The notes under the pieces: model-generated
What the model was told of the DNA's origin: nothing
The model's database searches: none
The model's input: the letters and a program-made list of their open reading frames with translations, nothing else
Shown here: positions 17,666-25,653 of the stretch, one piece after another
Layout: every line of letters starts with the position of its first letter
Numbering within the stretch: the stretch's first letter is position 1
IMG/VR virus record: IMGVR_UViG_3300045988_148893
Span: 1 to 40,407 of that record
DNA from: a virus
Length of the DNA stretch: 40,407 bases
Reading direction: 5' to 3' (one strand)
Made by a program: the position numbers and the translations under genes

Positions 17666-17774
17666 TTTTATTACCTCCATAGATGTTTTATTCCAGTTCT
17701 ACTGGTGATTGGATTCTACCGATATACCTTCGGCAAGGTATTTCTGTTATTTAGTGCCTACAGAAAAAGGCATA

Positions 17775-17804
17775 TAAAAAGAGAGCCTATTTCTAAGCTC
17801 TCTG
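17775..17804 (-). terminator. Intrinsic terminator closing the moron cassette
   Basis: Minus strand: AGAGAGC-N10-GCTCTCT followed by TTTTTATAT. Confidence 0.6.
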
Positions 17805-17829
17805 ATTAACATTATTAAGTTTTTAATTT

Positions 17830-18264
17830 TTACTGTAAGCCTACCTGTGCTTTTGCTGTGGCTTTTCCATTTTCAAATGTTACATTTGCATTACTTCCAG
17901 CTGTTCCATTTCCATACCATGTATATATTTCTATAGTATATCCATTGGATTCTGACTTGGTTGATAACTCTCCCTTTGAGCCAATAATATCAACTACTTC
18001 ATCATAACTCATCCCTGTCTCTATCCGATTGTATTCATCCATTGTTATATACTCGGACTTATCAGATACACCTGAAATATCTTTTTGTATTGAATCATTT
18101 GTGTTTAATGCTACTGCAATTCCTATACATATTAAAATTATAAATACTAAAATTGAAAATAAACATCCGTGTCCTTTTTTTAATGTTCTTTTACAATTCG
18201 GACAAACCTTCGCTTTCTTAGGAATTTCGCTTTGACAAAATTTGCATACCTTAGTTTCACTCAT
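17830..18264 (-). CDS. Membrane-anchored moron protein: Zn-ribbon, TM helix, DUF3862-like extracellular domain
   Basis: CKFCQSEIPKKAKVCPNCK, then the TM helix CLFSILVFIILICIGIAVAL, then ITMDEYNRIETGMSYDEVVDIIG..YTWYGNG..NANVTFENGKATAKAQVGLQ. Confidence 0.65.
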   Translation of the reverse strand: MSETKVCKFCQSEIPKKAKVCPNCKRTLKKGHGCLFSILVFIILICIGIAVALNTNDSIQKDISGVSDKSEYITMDEYNRIETGMSYDEVVDIIGSKGELSTKSESNGYTIEIYTWYGNGTAGSNANVTFENGKATAKAQVGLQ

Positions 18265-18294
18265 ATTCTCTTCCTCCTATAAACATTTTGTTAT

Positions 18295-18303
18295 ATTCTA
18301 CCA
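18295..18303 (-). promoter_or_regulatory. Candidate extended -10 (TGGTAGAAT) for the moron gene
   Basis: Minus strand reads ..TATATGGTAGAATATAAC.., inside a 9-bp inverted repeat (TTGTTATAT/ATATAACAA). No good -35. Confidence 0.3.
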
Positions 18304-18327
18304 TATATAACAAAACTTTACCATTCC

Positions 18328-18519
18328 TTAAAACATTTCAGTTTTATTTTCGTCATGTTGCACTGGAACAACTAACTGTTTTTCAGTTTTATCAATTTTA
18401 CCTGTCAACTCCTCTATTCTGTTACTAAGCCTAATAAATGTATCAATATCATCTATTCTACATTTACTCTGCATTTCCCTGCATCTTGTGATCTGTTCCT
18501 GTAATTCTTCCTTGTACAT
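18328..18519 (-). CDS. Hypothetical coiled-coil protein (63 aa)
   Basis: ORF with RBS AAGAAAGGACAAGT, first gene after the 18-nt element. Confidence 0.5.
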   Translation of the reverse strand: MYKEELQEQITRCREMQSKCRIDDIDTFIRLSNRIEELTGKIDKTEKQLVVPVQHDENKTEMF

Positions 18520-18532
18520 ACTTGTCCTTTCT

Positions 18533-18550
18533 TGTTTTTGGGTATAAAAA
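18533..18550 (-). repeat. 18-nt element TTTTTATACCCAAAAACA, copy 2 of 2
   Basis: Identical to 1045-1062. Confidence 0.8.
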
Positions 18551-18578
18551 TACCACCTAGCCTTTTGACTAGATGGTA
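18545..18578 (-). terminator. Intrinsic terminator after the MuF gene and small ORF
   Basis: Minus strand: ACCATCTAG-N8-CTAGGTGGT (one G-U pair), followed by ATTTTTAT. Confidence 0.55.
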
Positions 18579-18581
18579 AAC

Positions 18582-18722
18582 CTACTTCTCTTTATTTTCT
18601 CTTTTTTCTACTTCTTTTATAAATTCTTTAAATTCCTCTTCTGTCATTGCTCGTATCTGGTCAAACAATCCACCTGGTTTATACATTCTATCATCACATA
18701 TAAATTCTTGACTATTATTCAT
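18582..18722 (-). CDS. Small ORF (46 aa)
   Basis: MNNSQEFICDDRMYKPGGLFDQIRAMTEEEFKEFIKEVEKRENKEK. An AGGAG lies 10 nt upstream. Below the track cutoff. Confidence 0.45.
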   Translation of the reverse strand: MNNSQEFICDDRMYKPGGLFDQIRAMTEEEFKEFIKEVEKRENKEK

Positions 18723-18735
18723 ATATCATATTCTC

Positions 18736-20394
18736 CTATAATTTTCTAAATACAAAATCAAACTTAAATGATAACTCCTCAAGCGCTTTTTCCATACTTG
18801 TAACTTCAGTATACATCGAATATTTTTTCAATGCAACATAATAATCTTTTTCGGGTATTTCTTTAGATGGTCTTGAATAATAATATATACTTCCATTATG
18901 CCCTACTGTAATACCCGCTACATTCTTATTTTTTAAAAGAACGTTTAAATCACTTAAACTTGGAGGTAATCCCCTTGGATGATTATGTATTAATAATACT
19001 TTTTCTCCTTTTTTTTCCGCTCTACTAACATCTTGATTAAACTTTTTAGTTCTTTTTATTCCAAAAGGAATATGCTGGTTAGTTATATCTGAAATCTTTT
19101 TACATGACGACAAACTAATTGCATATAACTCTTCTGTATTTTTTCCGTCTCTATTTTTTAACGCATTTCGACTTTTCTCTGCAATTAATCCTTTTACTTT
19201 TTCATCATCTGATATTTTGCTAAACCTTGCACCGTATTCTTTTGATTTTACCACCTTCCAATTAACTCCATAATTATACTTATCTTCATATCCCTTACTT
19301 ACACCTTTCTTGGAACTGCGTTTTGTTCTTAGAGATTTTTCTCTAAGTTCTGAATTTACATACTTTTCATTCCATTCTTTGTATGTCATATCCGCAGGAA
19401 CATAATATGTATTACCATCTTCATCTCTTGCAGCTCTTTGCTCACCTTTGGCAAATTCATCATCAAAATAAGGTGCTGTACAACTTCTACAGTTAACGTG
19501 AAATGGCGGAGCTGTTACACCCTCTTCATATTCACTCATCTTGAATACTTTTCCATCCATTTCCTGACAAATATCTGATGTGTGACCGTCCAATGTGGCT
19601 ACAATCTCATATCTTTCAACATCCAATTCCTTAAAGCATTCCTTTTGAGCCGCCGAACTGAAATAAGCCGATTCCGTCATTACAAGTCTGCCTGCATTAG
19701 CCTTGCTTACATTCATTTTGCTTGCAATCTGGCTTATTGCCTTGTCTGGTCCTGCACCTGTAATACACATCTGGCTTAAACTTGTATGTAACTGATTTAT
19801 AAGCTGTGTCTTGTTGCCCCATATTCTGTCACTGAAATTCTTGCCATCAGCTAACCAAGGCTTATTTACCACTTTTTCAATTAATCTGTCATTTAATGCT
19901 GCAAAGTTCGAGCCGACACCAACGCCTTTTTGAATTTCATAAGCTGTTCTGTAATAACTTTCCTTATATACGTCTTTTATGTGTTTGCTTACTTCGTCGT
20001 TCAAATTACCAAATGCTACTTCTGCCTGTTGTCTGCATTGCAGTTCCAACGCTTCCAATCTGCTTATGTGAGCCTTGGCAGATGCATTTTCAAGTTCCTT
20101 TACCCATTCACCTGAAAAAGCGTTTTCCCTGCCCTTTTTTATGTATTCCTCTACATCCCACTTAAGTTCCTTTAATTCCTTGTCATTAAGGGACTTTCTT
20201 GCTTCCAACAGAGATATGTTATTATTATCCGCATATCTCTGATACCAGGCATTTATCTTTTCTTCAATTATCTTCTGAGACTTATCAAACTGCTCCTGAA
20301 TATCCATTGTCTTCTTTACGGAAGTCTGATGTGTAGCTTCCTCAATCTCAACGAACCTATTCTTCCAGTATTCACTATTCTTCATCCACTCCAC
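18736..20394 (-). CDS. Minor head protein (Mu F / SPP1 gp7-like) with C-terminal RadC/JAB-like domain
   Basis: MuF core: LVMTESAYFSSAAQ..ATLDGHTSDICQEMDGKVF..PPFHVNCRSCTAPY. The C-terminal ~130 aa read EELYAISL..VLLIHNHPRGLPPSLSDL..AGITVGHNGSIYYYS. Confidence 0.8.
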   Translation of the reverse strand: MEWMKNSEYWKNRFVEIEEATHQTSVKKTMDIQEQFDKSQKIIEEKINAWYQRYADNNNISLLEARKSLNDKELKELKWDVEEYIKKGRENAFSGEWVKELENASAKAHISRLEALELQCRQQAEVAFGNLNDEVSKHIKDVYKESYYRTAYEIQKGVGVGSNFAALNDRLIEKVVNKPWLADGKNFSDRIWGNKTQLINQLHTSLSQMCITGAGPDKAISQIASKMNVSKANAGRLVMTESAYFSSAAQKECFKELDVERYEIVATLDGHTSDICQEMDGKVFKMSEYEEGVTAPPFHVNCRSCTAPYFDDEFAKGEQRAARDEDGNTYYVPADMTYKEWNEKYVNSELREKSLRTKRSSKKGVSKGYEDKYNYGVNWKVVKSKEYGARFSKISDDEKVKGLIAEKSRNALKNRDGKNTEELYAISLSSCKKISDITNQHIPFGIKRTKKFNQDVSRAEKKGEKVLLIHNHPRGLPPSLSDLNVLLKNKNVAGITVGHNGSIYYYSRPSKEIPEKDYYVALKKYSMYTEVTSMEKALEELSFKFDFVFRKL

Positions 20395-21814
20395 CTACTG
20401 AGTTATCATCATCTTTAGCCGAATCATCAACATTGTCATCATCTTCATTTGACTTTTTCGTAAACATCTGCTGATATATGTCAGCGTTCTGTGTTTTTTC
20501 TTCATTTTCCTTCTTAAGCTGTTTAAGTTCTGCTTCAACATCCTCAACAAACGGATGATTCTTAAGTATAGTTTTCTGGCTAATGATTCCAACACTGTCC
20601 TTGCATATGGCTGCCTGCTCCTGCTCATTCTTAATACAGGTTCTGGTCCAAGTCTGAACAATGTTGTCACACTTAATGTTCTTAAAGTTGCAGATTGCTC
20701 TTACCAGCTTGGCAAAACCTAACTGAAACTCTGTTTCCATTAAACCTGTTTTCATTTCCAATAATGAATACATAAACTTAAGAGCCTCTCCTGACTGATT
20801 ACCAAAATTTTCAGGTCTTGGATCAAATCCCTGCCCCTGTTCGAAAATAGCCTTTCTTGTGGCATCAAGAACACTGTTTCTTGCTTCAATAGGAATCTCA
20901 ATGTTAAGAGTGCTTACACCTGCACCTTCATCTGAATCCATTTTTATAACCTTGTATTTCTTCAAATCCTGCAGAAATCCATTTAAATCTGTTCCACCAT
21001 ATCCGGAAAGAACAAATATAAGCTCCTGAACATCTTCAAGGTCATTAATAAAGCCACTAAACACCTTGTCGTACACATCAATCAAAGGCTTAATGTTATC
21101 AAGGTCAGAAGACTTAATGTTGTTATTAAAAAACGGAATGAAAGGTATTTCCTCCATTCCGTGACTATACTCACTTACGAGTTCTCCTGTTGTCGGATTC
21201 TCAAATATTGCATAATCTGTTAAGTTGTCATAATTTAAATCTGATTGAAGTCTTCTGTATACCTGACATTCCTCTTTGTTCCAATATTCATATATTGTGT
21301 AGTTTTTTCCATCTGTTTCATCTATCTGTGTATATACCCTTAATACACCTATCAACTTCTGTTTTGCTGACTTATTCCACACAGGAACAATCTGCTTACT
21401 GTCAATAACTGCCCACTCAAATTCATTAAACTCATTAGTCCAATAATGAACCCATGCAACACCTGCATTGGCTGCATTAACGCAAAGCTCCATGCACTCT
21501 TTTCTATATTCATCCCCCAAGGCCTTTAATATCTCTGCATTAGCCTTCGAACTACCAATGTCAAAAGTAGGCGGTGTAGTGAATGCATAAGCTGCTTTCT
21601 GGTTAACTATCAATCCGTGAAAGTTGCGGGGTATTCTGTTGTCTGCATTTCTTAACGGATGACCTTCTTCATCCTTTTTTTCTTCTCCATGAAGTATGTC
21701 ACTCTGATTTCTATAATATCTGTCAGCAATGTCACATTTAACCATATATATTGCATGCCCCGGCATATACTGACTTAATAATTCCTTCATTCTAACTAAA
21801 TCCACTTGTTTCAC
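20375..21814 (-). CDS. Portal protein
   Basis: 479 aa, between TerL and MuF, with an acidic C-terminal tail. Confidence 0.8.
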   Translation of the reverse strand: MKQVDLVRMKELLSQYMPGHAIYMVKCDIADRYYRNQSDILHGEEKKDEEGHPLRNADNRIPRNFHGLIVNQKAAYAFTTPPTFDIGSSKANAEILKALGDEYRKECMELCVNAANAGVAWVHYWTNEFNEFEWAVIDSKQIVPVWNKSAKQKLIGVLRVYTQIDETDGKNYTIYEYWNKEECQVYRRLQSDLNYDNLTDYAIFENPTTGELVSEYSHGMEEIPFIPFFNNNIKSSDLDNIKPLIDVYDKVFSGFINDLEDVQELIFVLSGYGGTDLNGFLQDLKKYKVIKMDSDEGAGVSTLNIEIPIEARNSVLDATRKAIFEQGQGFDPRPENFGNQSGEALKFMYSLLEMKTGLMETEFQLGFAKLVRAICNFKNIKCDNIVQTWTRTCIKNEQEQAAICKDSVGIISQKTILKNHPFVEDVEAELKQLKKENEEKTQNADIYQQMFTKKSNEDDDNVDDSAKDDDNSVGGVDEE

Positions 21815-21818
21815 CTCT

Positions 21819-23225
21819 TTACTTTAATACTGATAATCCGTCAGACTTCTTAGCACAATCCTCTGCAATTCCTGTTGTTGCATCCTGTGCATCGTCATGA
21901 TCATTCTTTCCTTCTCTCTGATACCTTGACATTGCCTTATAATAATCAGGCCATCTGTTCTTCCAGTCTTCAGGAAAATATATGTGTTGCATTACCCACG
22001 CTGAATTTGAAAAAATTCTTGCATTCTTGTTGTTATGCTGTGTAAACCACTTAATAACTGTCTTGTTACTTTTCAATTCATCCTGAAGTATTCTCTTAAC
22101 ACTTCTTGCAAAACCTCTACCACCGTTATTTGATTCGATTCTTGCAATATTTACATTTCCATCAAATAACAGCTTAGCTGTTAACGGCTCTGTAACTTCC
22201 ATTGGTTCCTGCGTATATATAACATCAAGTACGTACGCTTCATTGTCAAATGTTACTCCGTAGTTAATACTGCATAAGTAATCCTTACCTTCATCTGCGG
22301 TATCTGTATAATTTCTAATCTGCTTAAATTGTGGCATTTCTTTGTACGTCTTAAATGAAGTGTACATTCTGCCCTTTATGTCAATAGGATTCTGCTGGTA
22401 GTTCGCTTCTGCAATGTCTATTCCCATTGACATCTTTTTATTTTCGTATGACCTTTTGGACAAAATTTCAGGGCAAAGCATTGTTCCATCTTCCTTAACA
22501 GCCTTATAGCATATATGCCTTACCTTTACGCCTATGCTCTTAAAGTGTTCCAATGCCCTGCCAGCCAAATCCAAACTATGCCATCTTGTCATTACAATGA
22601 TAATCTTGCCACCCTCTTCAAGTCTTGACATCATTGTGTCCGTAAACCAGGTCCAATGATTATCAAGAATATTTGCATTATTAGCTTCCAGTGCTGACTT
22701 AATCAAGTCATCAATAATCATTAACGTTGCACCAAAACCTGTTGCCGTTCCTGTTGGGGATGTTGCCAAATAATTGTTATAGCCATTTTCAAGTGACCAC
22801 ATATTCATTGCACCATCACCACGTTTAATGGTTACCCCTGGGAACACATCTGAATAAACAGCCTTGTTTTCATCTGCCTTTGTTTCAAGAATCGTATTTC
22901 TTACACCTTTAGAAAATGTTGTTGACAATGTTTCATTGTATGAACCTGTCATTATCTTTTGTGTCTGGTCATTTCCTAAAACCCATTCAACAAAATTACC
23001 AACTGTTCTGGACTTTCCATGTCTTGGCGGCATATTAACAACCATTACTTCATCATCTGATTTTATGAACTGCTGTAACTCATTACAGAAGTCACGTAAA
23101 AAGCCCCTGTCTTCCTTGTAGAAGTCAGGAGCCTTTAATTTGCAGTACTGCCAAAAATTTCTTCTTGCCAGCTCTACCCTTGCATAAAGCTTTATTAAAT
23201 TCTTATTCAGATTCAAGGTCCTCAC
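21819..23225 (-). CDS. terL: Terminase large subunit
   Basis: 468 aa. Walker A-like MPPRHGKS, Walker B-like LMIIDDL, C-terminal nuclease-like region. Follows TerS. Confidence 0.9.
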   Translation of the reverse strand: MRTLNLNKNLIKLYARVELARRNFWQYCKLKAPDFYKEDRGFLRDFCNELQQFIKSDDEVMVVNMPPRHGKSRTVGNFVEWVLGNDQTQKIMTGSYNETLSTTFSKGVRNTILETKADENKAVYSDVFPGVTIKRGDGAMNMWSLENGYNNYLATSPTGTATGFGATLMIIDDLIKSALEANNANILDNHWTWFTDTMMSRLEEGGKIIIVMTRWHSLDLAGRALEHFKSIGVKVRHICYKAVKEDGTMLCPEILSKRSYENKKMSMGIDIAEANYQQNPIDIKGRMYTSFKTYKEMPQFKQIRNYTDTADEGKDYLCSINYGVTFDNEAYVLDVIYTQEPMEVTEPLTAKLLFDGNVNIARIESNNGGRGFARSVKRILQDELKSNKTVIKWFTQHNNKNARIFSNSAWVMQHIYFPEDWKNRWPDYYKAMSRYQREGKNDHDDAQDATTGIAEDCAKKSDGLSVLK

Positions 23226-23808
23226 CTGCCAATCTAAGCAGTTGTTCAGTACTTAATCCCTCAAAAGGATTGTTAACATTTCCTGACACCTCAACCTTAT
23301 CCTTAAACATTCCTAAATGTCTTCCCAACAGTTCCAAAGCCTTTACCTTGTCATAGGTAGTCAGCTCTATTCCATTCTTACCCTGCTTAATACCTGAAAT
23401 AGCCTTAATCTGTCTTCTTGAAAGCTCATCAGTTTCAGTAATCTCAACTGCCTGATAATACATCTGATTTCCTTCACTATCCAATGCCGGAACATAATCA
23501 CCATCCGGTGTCTTCATCATCACCGGCTTAGTCACAACCTTGGCATATTCAGAACCATTGGCAAAGGCAACTGCTGCAAGCTCCTGAATCACATCATCCT
23601 GCGTAACCTCAATTCTTTCCAACCTGTCCTTAATTCTTTCATCTATGTATTCCTTAATCTCCGGAACATTCATAAGACGAGCGGCTGCCGCTGCTGCTGT
23701 ATTATCATTTTTGACGTGTGGATATGCTTCCTTATACGCCCTTGTTCCATTCAGATCAATCAAATATTCATTTGCAAATATAACTTGTCTGTCAGTCACT
23801 GCAACCAC
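23203..23808 (-). CDS. terS: Terminase small subunit
   Basis: The N-terminus DRQVIFANEYLIDLNGTRAYKEAYPHV..AAAAAARLMNVPEIKEYI matches the Terminase_2 pattern. Confidence 0.85.
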   Translation of the reverse strand: MVAVTDRQVIFANEYLIDLNGTRAYKEAYPHVKNDNTAAAAAARLMNVPEIKEYIDERIKDRLERIEVTQDDVIQELAAVAFANGSEYAKVVTKPVMMKTPDGDYVPALDSEGNQMYYQAVEITETDELSRRQIKAISGIKQGKNGIELTTYDKVKALELLGRHLGMFKDKVEVSGNVNNPFEGLSTEQLLRLAGEDLESE

Positions 23809-23829
23809 TCCTTTCTTACCGAATTTATT

Positions 23830-24171
23830 TTATAAGCACTCTGCTTCTTTAAAAGCATCAAATATTTTAGGAAATTGAATAGCAAACCAATCCACCATTT
23901 CTTCGTTCAATGCCCAACAATCTGACGAATTACTGTTACTCCATAATCCTGATTCATATAAAAACGCATGTATTATTTCGTGTCTAACTACCTGTTTCAT
24001 GTATAACTGCAAATCTCTTACTGAATCTTTCTCTTGTACCAATTCTGCAATTTTAATTGTTTTTATTGAATAATCCATAATGCCGTCTGAACCTTCAGGC
24101 ATTTGCTCATCTGGAACATCGTATTTAATTGTGTATTCTGATCCTAATATATTTACTTTTTTATCCTGCAT
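23830..24171 (-). CDS. Small HExxH motif protein (putative metallopeptidase-like)
   Basis: 113 aa with VVRHEIIHAFLYESG. First gene of the late block. Confidence 0.5.
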   Translation of the reverse strand: MQDKKVNILGSEYTIKYDVPDEQMPEGSDGIMDYSIKTIKIAELVQEKDSVRDLQLYMKQVVRHEIIHAFLYESGLWSNSNSSDCWALNEEMVDWFAIQFPKIFDAFKEAECL

Positions 24172-24191
24172 TTTTCTCCTATTTTCCCACG

Positions 24192-24218
24192 AAAAAAGAC
24201 AGCCTAAGACTGCCTTTT
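24192..24218 (-). terminator. Hairpin plus T6 between the late regulator and the first late gene
   Basis: Minus strand: AAAAGGCAG-TCTTAGG-CTGTCTTTT (one G-U pair), followed by TT. Confidence 0.45.
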
Positions 24219-24322
24219 CCTTGTTTTACCAATACAATAATTGGAGGATACTATTCAGATAACAGAAGTCCCTTCTGTTCAACTTCTTACTCTATCATTT
24301 TAGCACTGATTAATGTGACATT

Positions 24323-24739
24323 CTATGACACGTTTAAAACCGGCTCAATATCTTTCAATGCATAGCCATGTAGTCTTAATACATGCCTGTAAGATATATT
24401 CATTTCCAGTGCTATCTCTTCCCACTTCTTGCTCTGGCAGTATCTCTTGTACAAAATCTGCTCGTATTCAGGATTGTTTAACTTCTGTATGTTGATTATC
24501 ACGTTTGCTCTGGCTAAAGCAAATTCACGCATCAAATCATTCCACTCACATTCCTTTTCATTAATCTTGCAGATTGTTTCTGCCATCTTATCCTGTGTTC
24601 CTGAAGACAGTACCCTCTCGCCCTGTTGGATTGCTCCAGTACTCACCACCATTTCCCTTAGGGTATCTATCTCTTCTTTTAGAATTTTCATCTTAGATTC
24701 AAGATTTCTAACCTGATTCAAGTATTCCTTTGCTGTCAT
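24323..24739 (-). CDS. Late-gene transcriptional regulator, DUF1492 / sigma-70 region 4-like
   Basis: MTAKEYLNQVRNLESK.. is a family-typical N-terminus. The C-terminal NPEYEQILYKRYCQSKKWEEIALEMNISYRHVLRLHGYALKDI is HTH-like. In-frame upstream ATGs (24778, 24856) are considered less likely. Confidence 0.7.
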   Translation of the reverse strand: MTAKEYLNQVRNLESKMKILKEEIDTLREMVVSTGAIQQGERVLSSGTQDKMAETICKINEKECEWNDLMREFALARANVIINIQKLNNPEYEQILYKRYCQSKKWEEIALEMNISYRHVLRLHGYALKDIEPVLNVS

Positions 24740-24778
24740 TTCTTCCAAACTCTCAATCCTTTCTCTATTTTTCTGCAT

Positions 24779-24810
24779 AAAAAAACCAACCACCGAATAT
24801 TGGTAGTTGG
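24779..24810 (-). terminator. Intrinsic terminator immediately upstream of the late regulator
   Basis: Minus strand: CCAACTACC-AATATTC-GGTGGTTGG followed by T7. Confidence 0.65.
24795..24810. repeat. 16-bp perfect inverted repeat, left copy (gaatattggtagttgg on plus)
   Basis: Exact reverse complement of 25061-25076. On the minus-strand RNA it forms the 5' arm plus loop of the terminator. Confidence 0.9.
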
Positions 24811-24828
24811 CTTTATGACATCTTCTTT

Positions 24829-25017
24829 TTAATGTTCTGGTGCACATTTGGCACAAAATCCATTTCCTGCATCTCCATTAACATAATCATCTAAATCAAA
24901 TACTTCTCCACAATCAGGACATGAAAAATATTTTCCAATACAAGATTCACAAACATATCCTCCGTTAAAATGTCTTGTCTGTGCACCTTCTTTTCCGCAA
25001 CTAATACATTTTGCCAT
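24829..25017 (-). CDS. Small zinc-ribbon protein (four CxxC pairs)
   Basis: 62 aa with CISC..CESC..CPDC..CAKC. RBS GGAGG and its own promoter. Confidence 0.65.
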   Translation of the reverse strand: MAKCISCGKEGAQTRHFNGGYVCESCIGKYFSCPDCGEVFDLDDYVNGDAGNGFCAKCAPEH

Positions 25018-25049
25018 AGAAGAATCCTCCTCTCTCTAGTAATACACAA

Positions 25050-25078
25050 ATTATACCATTCCAACTACCAATATTCAA
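25050..25078 (-). promoter_or_regulatory. Sigma-A-type promoter with extended -10 (TTGAAT-17-TGgTATAAT)
   Basis: Minus strand reads TTGAATattggtagttggaatggTATAAT. The spacer and -35 overlap the right copy of the 16-bp repeat. Confidence 0.6.
25061..25076. repeat. 16-bp perfect inverted repeat, right copy
   Basis: ccaactaccaatattc on plus, the reverse complement of 24795-24810. Confidence 0.9.
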
Positions 25079-25098
25079 TTGTCAATGTACCTTTGTTT

Positions 25099-25188
25099 CT
25101 AATCCTTATCCTGCAACTTACATATCGCCCACAAGACGAACACTGCTCCAATTACCATAATAATAGCTATTGTATTAATAATTGCCAT
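25099..25188 (-). CDS. Possible 29-aa single-TM peptide
   Basis: MAIINTIAIIMVIGAVFVLWAICKLQDKD. Its ATG directly follows the methyltransferase stop codon. Confidence 0.4.
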   Translation of the reverse strand: MAIINTIAIIMVIGAVFVLWAICKLQDKD

Positions 25189-25653
25189 CTAATCACCCTC
25201 TTTCATAAATACCAACCAATGTGTCTTTGCTCTTCTGTTTCCTAATATTGGCTTTTGTGAAAACAATGGTAGTATTTCCGATAGTTTTATTTGCTCTTCG
25301 TTCCACTTAAATATCAAAGTACCATTAGGCTTTAATACTCTCAAACACTCTGAAAAACCTTTGCTTATATCTTCTCTCCATGTATCTGACAGTTTTCCGT
25401 ATTTTTTAGCCATCCACGAATTTTCTCCAATTCTATGTAAATGTGGTGGGTCAAACACAACCATAGAAAAACTATTGTCAGTAAATGGAATGTTTCTGAA
25501 ATCACCTATTATGTCAGGTTTTATTTCTAATTTTCTGCCATCACATAAGACATCTTCTAATTCTCTACAATCCATAAATGTTACTTGGGGATTATTTTTA
25601 TCAAAGTAAAACATCTTACTACCGCAACATACATCAAGTATTGGTGTTTCCAT
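25189..25653 (-). CDS. Small SAM-dependent methyltransferase (DPPH motif; probable DNA N6A/N4C methylase)
   Basis: Motif I-like ILDVCCGS and motif IV-like VVFDPPHL. 154 aa. Confidence 0.6.
   Translation of the reverse strand: METPILDVCCGSKMFYFDKNNPQVTFMDCRELEDVLCDGRKLEIKPDIIGDFRNIPFTDNSFSMVVFDPPHLHRIGENSWMAKKYGKLSDTWREDISKGFSECLRVLKPNGTLIFKWNEEQIKLSEILPLFSQKPILGNRRAKTHWLVFMKEGD

Noticed and set aside
17706-17722. CGGTAGAAT upstream of the scaffold gene as a promoter, because it shares GGTAGAAT with the moron -10 candidate
   Set aside because: There is no TG extension and no acceptable -35 at 16-18 nt. It is kept only as a note.
25079-25084. TTGACA hexamer as the -35 of the Zn-ribbon promoter
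   Set aside because: It lies 24 nt from the TATAAT box. The adjacent TTGAAT has the canonical 17-nt spacing and is preferred.
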